From Candidatus Heimdallarchaeota archaeon (lineage in GTDB: Archaea > Asgardarchaeota > Heimdallarchaeia > Hodarchaeales > Hodarchaeaceae), in contig DXJL01000170.1 of NCBI GenBank assembly GCA_019057635.1, positions 1 to 16,843 of the forward strand: a stretch of 16,843 nucleotides of DNA, in the 5' to 3' direction. The notes under the pieces are model-generated. The model did no database searches, was not told the origin of the DNA, and saw nothing but the letters and a program-made list of their open reading frames with translations. Numbering within the stretch: the first letter of the stretch is position 1; every line of letters starts with the position of its first letter. The translations under genes were made by a program, and so were the position numbers. Below are positions 1-6,549 of this stretch, in pieces.

Positions 1-447
1 ACTGGATAAGGTTGCAGCGGTGGATGCATATGAAATCTGCACAATATGATCATCTTTCGCTAGGTTTGCTACAGGTGTCGAAGCAGCTGAAGCGGCTGCA
101 CCAATAATCAGTTCAACGCCTGCTGCTTTAAGAGTGGTATAAGCTGTCACAGCTGTGGTTTCCACCCCTCCAGTATCTTCCACTTGGAGATGGATATCGA
201 AGTCAAAATCACTCGAAGCATTTATTTCAAACGCAGCGGCTCGCACACCATCAACTAATCCTGGCCCGAGGGCTTCAAGATCACCTGAAAGGGGTGCCAA
301 TACCCCAACCTCAATTACAGCTGGGAGGGCTTGCACCTTAGCTTGTGGATTCACTACAACTGGGGTTGCTTGTACGGTAGACAAACCTATTAATCCGAGG
401 AGAAGGAATGTCAAACCAAATGTAGATAATTTTTTGTATTTATTCAT
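1..447 (-). CDS. ABC transporter substrate-binding protein, branched-chain amino-acid (LivJ/LivK, type I periplasmic-binding-protein) family; 5' part only, runs off the window start
   Basis: Manually translated open frame from ATG at 447: MNKYKKLSTFGLTFLLLGLIGLSTVQATP (signal peptide)...IEVGVLAPLSGDLEALG...VEDTGG...LIIGAAASAASTPVANLAKDDHIVQISYASTAATLSS. The IGvlaPLSG, EDT, IIG..S and QISYAST motifs are typical of this family. An in-frame TGA a few codons upstream fixes the start. Confidence 0.92.
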   Translation of the reverse strand, partial: MNKYKKLSTFGLTFLLLGLIGLSTVQATPVVVNPQAKVQALPAVIEVGVLAPLSGDLEALGPGLVDGVRAAAFEINASSDFDFDIHLQVEDTGGVETTAVTAYTTLKAAGVELIIGAAASAASTPVANLAKDDHIVQISYASTAATLSS

Positions 448-540
448 ACTTTCACGTCATTTTCTCTTATCGAGAATTTCTTTTTTACCACTGTTAAGAC
501 CGATTCTTGATTTATTCAAAATTTTCCAAAAACAAGATCT

Positions 541-603
541 TTAATAGCCATGATCAGCATTTGGAAATTTTAAAAGCACTAGAACTACCAAGAAATATAG
601 CAC
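541..603 (-). CDS. Putative 20-aa hydrophobic Leu/Val-rich leader peptide MLYFLVVLVLLKFPNADHGY
   Basis: GTG start at 603-601 and TAA at 543-541. AAGGAGG (617-611) lies 7 nt upstream of the start. An in-frame TAA at 609-607 makes this GTG the first possible start. It contains seven consecutive Leu/Val codons. Confidence 0.45.
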   Translation of the reverse strand: MLYFLVVLVLLKFPNADHGY

Positions 604-747
604 TGGTTACCCTCCTTAATCCAAACGCTCTAAGTATTCACAAAATACTCAAATTCGGTTCGGATTAAAGGAAGATCACTGGTATTAATAATGATACCAG
701 TGCCAGCGAATCTCAATAATTGAGCTTTTGAACAATCCGAATCGAAT
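600..747 (-). promoter_or_regulatory. Structured leader RNA or cis-regulatory element with alternative stems
   Basis: Inverted repeats: 653-666/734-747 (14 bp, one non-Watson-Crick position), 677-685/694-702 (9 bp perfect), 712-716/720-724 and 633-638/644-649. Competing pairings: 658-674/611-626 (16 bp on the minus strand with 2 GU and 1 bulge) and 696-703/600-607 (8 bp perfect). Confidence 0.5.
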
Positions 748-780
748 CATTAACAATCAAGAATCATCACAAAAAATAGC

Positions 781-789
781 TATATAAAA
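781..789 (-). promoter_or_regulatory. Candidate archaeal TATA box (TTTTATATA) with purine-rich BRE-like GAAGAAA just upstream
   Basis: Matches the archaeal TTTAWA consensus on the minus strand. It would place the transcription start near 757-760, just 5' of the structured element. The AT-rich context makes a chance match possible. Confidence 0.35.
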
Positions 790-994
790 GAATTTCTTCT
801 GTAAGGGTTGTGTGATTATTTTCTGGAATTGTAATAAGATACATATCCCATTTAATGATATCGATAGAGTTACTATATTTTTACTAAAGCTATTAAGAAA
901 TTATCCAGATTCTTGACCTTCTTTTCAAGCCACTGTATATTTTTAAAGCAATTACTGAATAGCCACACCATAGCTCTTAAAACGGATCAGTTGA

Positions 995-1840
995 TTACAT
1001 CTTTTCATAATGCTCTTTATATTGATCTGCAGCATTAATAGCTCTTTCAGCGTTAACTATTATCCGTTTCTGAGCCCAAAAAGTATCAATCGAATAGAAA
1101 ATAACCGCACCCAAGAAGAAGATCCAAACTAAGACATCAATTGGATTTTGGGTTAGTAGGTTATAGGTGATTGTCGCACACATGATGAGAAGAGCATAAC
1201 CAAAGGAGAGAAAGATATAGCTCAGTGAATCGATGTATAACCAATTCTTTATCCAATTTACCCCTGCGAACTCAATGTATGAACCAACGAATATTGCTAT
1301 AAACAACAACCCTAATAAACCTGCAAAAAAGAAAGCAAAAAAGGTACAAATAGCTCTTAAATATAAGAAGTATTGATCCTTTCTTGTTTCTCCAAATCGG
1401 TACTCAAACAAAATCATTGGTATGATAAATAATATTCCAGGAAGAAAAAACCATTCTACAGGTGCTAAGATCATTTTGCTTATGGATATTGTGTGAAATG
1501 TTACCATTGCCCACGCAAAGCCGACATAATAACTAAATCCAAAATCTGGATTCCAAGGGTGGTATTTCCATTTATTGGATTTCACTCCCCAGTAATCAGT
1601 GACATAACCAATCATTAAGCCAAACCAGAAAAACGACCATTGTTGCATCTCTGCTCCAAAAACAATTTCGTATAACACCATATAGAGAATTCCTAAACCT
1701 AAACACAACCAATCATTCCGTGTTTTGTTATTTAACCATAATACAAAAGGAACACCAAATAAGAAAAAAGCTAAGTCCCACAAAGGGATAAAGGAAACAA
1801 GTTCTTCGGGTAATAGCATGACAAGACCAAATTTCTGCAT
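995..1840 (-). CDS. Polytopic membrane protein with an internal duplication; function unknown
   Basis: 281 aa with many hydrophobic segments. Two similar halves: TRND...IGYVTDYWGVKSNKWKY and TRKD...VGSYIEFAGVNWIKNWLY. Confidence 0.8.
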   Translation of the reverse strand: MQKFGLVMLLPEELVSFIPLWDLAFFLFGVPFVLWLNNKTRNDWLCLGLGILYMVLYEIVFGAEMQQWSFFWFGLMIGYVTDYWGVKSNKWKYHPWNPDFGFSYYVGFAWAMVTFHTISISKMILAPVEWFFLPGILFIIPMILFEYRFGETRKDQYFLYLRAICTFFAFFFAGLLGLLFIAIFVGSYIEFAGVNWIKNWLYIDSLSYIFLSFGYALLIMCATITYNLLTQNPIDVLVWIFFLGAVIFYSIDTFWAQKRIIVNAERAINAADQYKEHYEKM

Positions 1841-2071
1841 TAAATGTAAAGCTCTTCACTAACAAGGAGTCTTATTTCAAACCGCTGTTAATGATACTTC
1901 ATCTTAAGGTTAGAAAGAGAGATATTTAATACTATCGAGGATCAGCGGAGAATGACACCACTTGTTAAGACTAAAGGGATAGGGTTACAACTTCGTAGGA
2001 GAATTTTTATTGGTAGGGCTATTTTTCCTTTGCTTGAGAAAAAGATTACCAATCAATTCTAGGTGTTGCTA

Positions 2072-2407
2072 ATGGTATCCATCATTGATGAGAAAGAGTT
2101 TGCAGAAAGAATTAAGTCTAATATTGCGTCCAATAATCCCCGTCCATTGGTTGTTGACTGTTTCACGGATTGGTGCCCTCCCTGCAAGGTATCGGCACCG
2201 GTTTATGAATCATTGAGTAAGAAATATACAGCAGCCGATTTTGTCAAAATCAATATTGATAGGAATCCTGGTGTAGCTCACAAGTTAAACGTACAAGGAG
2301 TTCCAACCTTTGCAATACTTCGGGGTAATAAACTTATCGCTAGAATAGTAGGTGCAGATATGCGAAAAGTTGAGAGTAAGATAAAAGAAGCAATTAAAGA
2401 ATCTTAG
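2072..2407 (+). CDS. trxA: Thioredoxin (WCPPC active site)
   Basis: LVVDCFTDWCPPCK, FVKINID, cis-Pro motif GVPTF and C-terminal IVGAD. ATG at 2072 follows an AGGTG SD-like motif; GTG at 2063 is an alternative start. Confidence 0.93.
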   Translation: MVSIIDEKEFAERIKSNIASNNPRPLVVDCFTDWCPPCKVSAPVYESLSKKYTAADFVKINIDRNPGVAHKLNVQGVPTFAILRGNKLIARIVGADMRKVESKIKEAIKES

Positions 2408-2589
2408 AAGGAATCTTGCTAGTTTACTGTGGGGTGTAGATCTTAATCTCGTCTATTTCTTGACATTTCTGAGTATTTTTCCTCAGGTGAAAAAACCCCA
2501 CTCCAATTAAATCATGAGTAATTCTGGTTTATTCGCTATATTTATAATTTATATTACATTTAATCCTCTAATGATAGCGAGTTCTAATT

Positions 2590-3465
2590 ATGTCATCTAC
2601 TGATTACTACAAATCTTTAGGCGTCTCGAAGAGTGCTTCTAAGAGTGATATAAAAAAGGCTTATCGTAAATTAGCCTTAAAATATCATCCCGACAGAGCA
2701 GTAAAAAGCGGTATGGATCCTAAAGTGGCTGAAGAAAAATTTAAAGAAATTTCTGAAGCTTATTCGGTTTTATCAGATGAAACTAAGCGACAGCAATATG
2801 ATCAATTCGGCTCTGACTACTTTTCTCAATTCAGAGGTCAGAGTGGCTTTCGTACATCGGTCGATCCTTTTGAGATATTTTCTCAGTTTTTTGGGGGGTC
2901 TTCAGGAGGTTTTTCGTTTCAGAATATGGGGGGGTCTCCATTTTCAAGTTTCCAACGACAGACACGAGCGCAAAAAGGATCAGATATCCAAATTTCCTTT
3001 AAAGTGACATCTTCTGACTTGTCAATTAATGATTCAATCCTAAAGAAAGTCATAAGTCTGAAAAGACGATTTGCTGATGGGAGTGAAAAAACAGAAAAAA
3101 TTAGAATTCCTATCCCAAAGAATGTAGAAGATGGGAAAATTCTGAGAATCCCAAAGAAGGGAAACCAAGGGAAACAAGGTGGTCCACCTGGAGATTTATT
3201 GGTTAAAATCTCACTTGTTGATGATATTTTAACCATTCCAATCTCAATCTTTCTGGCGATTCGAGGTTCAGAAAGTCTTTCGATAAAATCTCCTTCAGGA
3301 GATAGTTTAAGGGGAAGAATTCCACCCAATACCCGTGATGGAGATTTATTAAATTTCATATCTGATATTGGAGTCAATAGAAAGATTCGGGTAGTATATC
3401 GATATCCTTCTCAATTATCAGAAGAGAAGATTGCGTTATTAAACGAGCTGATTGAATTAAACTAA
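2590..3465 (+). CDS. dnaJ: J-domain co-chaperone, type II DnaJ-like (J domain, G/F-rich linker, short C-terminal domain, no zinc finger)
   Basis: [43 protein letters not shown], a G/F-rich region, and C-terminal-domain motifs KGSDI and [15 protein letters not shown]. No CxxCxGxG repeats. Confidence 0.9.
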   Translation: MSSTDYYKSLGVSKSASKSDIKKAYRKLALKYHPDRAVKSGMDPKVAEEKFKEISEAYSVLSDETKRQQYDQFGSDYFSQFRGQSGFRTSVDPFEIFSQFFGGSSGGFSFQNMGGSPFSSFQRQTRAQKGSDIQISFKVTSSDLSINDSILKKVISLKRRFADGSEKTEKIRIPIPKNVEDGKILRIPKKGNQGKQGGPPGDLLVKISLVDDILTIPISIFLAIRGSESLSIKSPSGDSLRGRIPPNTRDGDLLNFISDIGVNRKIRVVYRYPSQLSEEKIALLNELIELN

Positions 3466-3527
3466 AAGAAACTTGGTATCAGGCCTTTTAAATCTTTAAA
3501 TTTGATGAACGGTTTGTTAAATGTATT

Positions 3528-3830
3528 TCAATTATTGTTTTTTTTACCAAGTCTATCTAAAATATTATCGAGTCCTTGTTCATGAACCTCTTCAACAGTA
3601 TAGCAATGAGTTGGTTTCAGGTGGTGCTGAATGCTTTTTCCGAGAAATAATAATACAAAATTTACAGGAAAGTTTCCAAAATCAGTTTTGAAGAGCTTAG
3701 AAATAATTCCTATCGATATACCAGTTGAATCACTTATGCTTTTCTCACAGTACTCTTGGAAATAAAGCCATTCACTGAATTGTCCAATTACTGAAAATGT
3801 GATGACTATTTGAGTCATCATTTTCCACAC
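3528..3830 (-). CDS. Hypothetical small protein (doubtful; true start uncertain)
   Basis: 100-codon ORF in otherwise non-coding space with no recognisable motif. A strong hairpin overlaps its 5' end. Confidence 0.3.
   Translation of the reverse strand: MWKMMTQIVITFSVIGQFSEWLYFQEYCEKSISDSTGISIGIISKLFKTDFGNFPVNFVLLFLGKSIQHHLKPTHCYTVEEVHEQGLDNILDRLGKKNNN
3793..3825. repeat. Inverted repeat / hairpin
   Basis: TGATGACT-atttg-AGTCATCA (3800-3820), extended by GAAAA/TTTTC across a 2-nt bulge. Confidence 0.6.
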
Positions 3831-3957
3831 AACTTATCATATCACACTCAAACAGCTCAATTTTTAAAATATTGTTTGATTATTTCAGAATAGAACAGTA
3901 AGTACCCACTCCTTGATATTAAATTTGTGGAATCAAAGCCTAGGAGTTTTTAACCTG

Positions 3958-3984
3958 TAGGGATCTTTAACTTTTAAATCCCTA
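3958..3984. promoter_or_regulatory. Spaced palindrome, candidate operator upstream of the 513-aa gene
   Basis: TAGGGAT-N13-ATCCCTA with an AT-rich spacer, ending about 50 bp upstream of ATG 4034. Confidence 0.35.
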
Positions 3985-4033
3985 GAAATTTACTTTTCTC
4001 AAAAAATATCGAGAATGAGGAAAGGTTGCAGCG

Positions 4034-5575
4034 ATGACCTATCGTCGAGAAACTTGGAATCGATTTTTACAAACGATCTTACAGAGGATACCACCTCTAA
4101 TTTCTAATTATTCACCCTCTGACCAGATGCTAATCAGGACTGTGTTTGAAATTCTATCTAACAGTGGGGTGAGTACTAAAGAGGAACGGGATAGATTTCT
4201 TACTAACATGGATCAATTCGTACAAGACACAATAGATGAAATGGACTATTTTCAAACACCCTTTTTATGGTTTTCAAATACGTTTTTTCTCAATTCACAG
4301 CGTCTATTACTTGAAGCAAGTTTCCATGCAGATGATTTCATACAATATCTTGTCAGAGTATTACGAGGCGACACAGACACACAAGGATTTTTCCAACTTT
4401 TACAAAACAAAACCTCACTGAAGGATCTTAAATGGGAAGCACTACAATATTACTGTAATGAGATACATGATCCCTTAACAGAGGTCCAGATAGACATTCT
4501 ACGAGTTATTTATGCTATGGTTAATTCAGACCCTCTACGTGCGATGGATCAGCATTATATTACTCGTGAAATTGCCAATAATGTCCAAGTACCAAAACAA
4601 TTCCGGGGTTTACATCATTTATTTTCCCGTCTTGACTCAAGATGGGGAGTATGGATGTTCCCTGAGGCATTTGGAATAAGTATTTTATTGTTTAGATTAA
4701 CATTGGCCAAAACGCGTGAACTAGAATCTTTAATCGACTTTCTCGCCCCAGAGAATGTTGTTCTTGCAATGAGTAACGTTTATTGCAATCCTGATAAGCC
4801 CAAATCCTTTTTTGGGTTTATTTATACACCGAGTGAGACAGTTACTCAATTAACTGCTTACTTTGAACAAATGCTCGGTAATGATGATCTATCCGATTTT
4901 CTGATAGAACCAATTATTTCAACGCAGGCCGGGTCTTCATTAGCATTATATTCTTCAGGTAACGGGTGGGAGGATGTGTACCTACCTCAACAATTTAAGA
5001 ATGCAATTGAAAGTAGAAGAAGTATTAATCCGAAAGATGTATCGTTAAAAATGGGATGTATAACACCCCAATTATCTAATAGACTGAATTACAAGCTACT
5101 GGAGTCTCCACAACAGGCCATTAGCGTATATATCAAAGCATACAAGGCTTTTTCATTTGGAAATCTACCTATAAAACTTGGTGAAGATTATCACAACTCA
5201 GTGTTTTCTCAGGCCGATCTGGCATTACTAGCTAAGTTCTTCTCTAAGAAAATTGCTGGACCCACTTTCACGGTTCGAAATATCCTCAACGAGTTTTCAC
5301 TTGATATGTTTTGGGTCGAAATTCCTCCTAAATGGAAATGTACAGCACCCAGATTTCTCCATTGGTTACCTTGGGCTTCGATTCTTTCAACTGCTGATAA
5401 GACCATCCTCATTGCTCCTCTCACCTCAAATCTACTCAATTGGATTGAGAATCAATTATCTTGGCATATCGAACAGATCCACACAGTTTTTCGTCCCAAA
5501 GGTCTAAAGGAGGCGTGGTACGATTATCAAAAGGTATCTTGGAAAATACCTCGCATTTTAGATCTCAATAAATGA
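4034..5575 (+). CDS. Large hypothetical protein, possibly a divergent tandem winged-HTH / Lrp-AsnC-like regulator
   Basis: 513-aa ORF. LTEVQIDILRVIY resembles the first helix of a wHTH. It is followed by FPEAFGISILLFRL, which resembles the Lrp linker, and a second weaker unit FSQADLALLAKF...NEFSLDMFWVEIP. Confidence 0.6.
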   Translation: MTYRRETWNRFLQTILQRIPPLISNYSPSDQMLIRTVFEILSNSGVSTKEERDRFLTNMDQFVQDTIDEMDYFQTPFLWFSNTFFLNSQRLLLEASFHADDFIQYLVRVLRGDTDTQGFFQLLQNKTSLKDLKWEALQYYCNEIHDPLTEVQIDILRVIYAMVNSDPLRAMDQHYITREIANNVQVPKQFRGLHHLFSRLDSRWGVWMFPEAFGISILLFRLTLAKTRELESLIDFLAPENVVLAMSNVYCNPDKPKSFFGFIYTPSETVTQLTAYFEQMLGNDDLSDFLIEPIISTQAGSSLALYSSGNGWEDVYLPQQFKNAIESRRSINPKDVSLKMGCITPQLSNRLNYKLLESPQQAISVYIKAYKAFSFGNLPIKLGEDYHNSVFSQADLALLAKFFSKKIAGPTFTVRNILNEFSLDMFWVEIPPKWKCTAPRFLHWLPWASILSTADKTILIAPLTSNLLNWIENQLSWHIEQIHTVFRPKGLKEAWYDYQKVSWKIPRILDLNK

Positions 5576-5695
5576 GCCTCAACCCTAATCACTTTTAGAA
5601 AGGATAATTTCTTTTGAGAATATTTTTAAATGAAAAGGGAAACATCAATTTGTTAGGAAACTTTATCTTATGATTGAACAGGAGTTTGATGAGAC

Positions 5696-5977
5696 ATGGT
5701 TAGATTAATTTTCAAAAATCGAACGTTTTCAGAAGGTAGAGAAGAATCTGGGGATGCTGTTCTTATTCTTGATGAAGCTACTCAAACTGGAAAATTAGAA
5801 TACTCTCCTGACGCTGGATTAGTCATACGTAGAACAGCCCGAAGACAAGCTGAGAGTATTTGCAAATCAGGATTCTTATTGGGGAGTGGTAAACGACTTG
5901 GAATTAGTTTCAAACTTGAATCCGAAGAAGATTCGATTGGCGATCGATTGACCCAAATAGGTCACGAATATCGGTAA
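5696..5977 (+). CDS. Small protein, candidate divergent single gelsolin-like domain
   Basis: 93 aa with GGAG upstream. SGDAVLILDE...AGLVIRRTARRQAESI aligns by eye with the gelsolin core pattern SGD..ILD...(W.G..S)...ER..A...A..I, but the W.G residues are not conserved. Confidence 0.5.
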   Translation: MVRLIFKNRTFSEGREESGDAVLILDEATQTGKLEYSPDAGLVIRRTARRQAESICKSGFLLGSGKRLGISFKLESEEDSIGDRLTQIGHEYR

Positions 5978-5990
5978 ATTGGCATGTCCA

Positions 5991-6533
5991 ATGTCTGCTG
6001 GTGAAACGTATAAAGTTTTAATATGCGGAGATTATGCCGTAGGTAAAACTACGTTTGTGAAAACATTTCTAGATGAGGATAAAGCATTTCTAGAAGGATA
6101 TAAACCAACTATAGGAGTAGATATTGCTCGAAAGACTTTCACTCTTGACTCCATTGAAATTTGTTTTCAAATCTGGGATTTATCAGGCCAACAATCGTTC
6201 AAAACAATACGTCCTCAATTCTACAATAGAAGTGATGGAGTAATACTAGTTTTTGATATCACACGAAGAGATTCCTTTACTAATCTCTCTTCGTGGCTTG
6301 AGGAAATTCTTGATCAAACAGGAAGAATACCCATTGTAGTGGTAGGAAATAAAATAGATTTAGTAAATAAGACTGAGGATATTGTTCCCCAACAAGAAGC
6401 TAAGGAATATGTTGATCATGTATCCTCGTTAACGGGAATAAACGCTCCGTATATACAAGCTTCTGCAATTAATAGACAAAATAATTTCGATCCATTCATT
6501 ACTTTAGGGAAACTTCTTATCGAAAAACAATGA
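5991..6533 (+). CDS. Rab-like small GTPase (Ras superfamily)
   Basis: G1 GDYAVGKT, G2 YKPTIGVD, G3 WDLSGQ, G4 NKID, G5 ASA. RabF-like segments IGVDI, FQIW and LVFDIT. No C-terminal Cys prenylation motif. Start is ATG 5991 or TTG 5979. Confidence 0.95.
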   Translation: MSAGETYKVLICGDYAVGKTTFVKTFLDEDKAFLEGYKPTIGVDIARKTFTLDSIEICFQIWDLSGQQSFKTIRPQFYNRSDGVILVFDITRRDSFTNLSSWLEEILDQTGRIPIVVVGNKIDLVNKTEDIVPQQEAKEYVDHVSSLTGINAPYIQASAINRQNNFDPFITLGKLLIEKQ

Positions 6534-6549
6534 ACACTTACGTCAGAAG

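Noticed and set aside
155-544. 129-aa plus-strand ORF in the track
   Set aside because: Antisense shadow of the ABC binding-protein gene on the minus strand; no motifs.
674-712. TGCCAGCG fragment resembling the TPP riboswitch 3' half, and AAAGGAA resembling cobalamin or glycine riboswitch motifs
   Set aside because: The other conserved elements (CTGAGA, CCTGA, AGGGA; cobalamin core) are absent, and the match is on the strand opposite to the nearby gene.
653-747. Possible MITE bounded by 14-bp inverted repeats
   Set aside because: No target-site duplication, second copy or transposase in the window; RNA structure explains it better.
1862-1903. Resemblance to a fluoride (crcB) riboswitch: GGAGT...AAACCGC..GTTAATGA
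   Set aside because: Lacks the GGYGATG start, the P1 stem and a proper ACTCC pseudoknot partner; no fluoride-related gene downstream.
2887-2934. T6G6 and G7 homopolymers as phase-variation tracts
   Set aside because: They encode the Phe/Gly-rich DnaJ linker in frame and are short.
2777-3377. Alternative ORFs 2777-3007 (+) and 2919-3377 (-)
   Set aside because: Fully overlap the well-supported DnaJ gene; no motifs.
4236-5507. Short ORFs 4236-4421, 5209-5439 and 5253-5507
   Set aside because: Nested within the 513-aa ORF; no independent evidence of coding.
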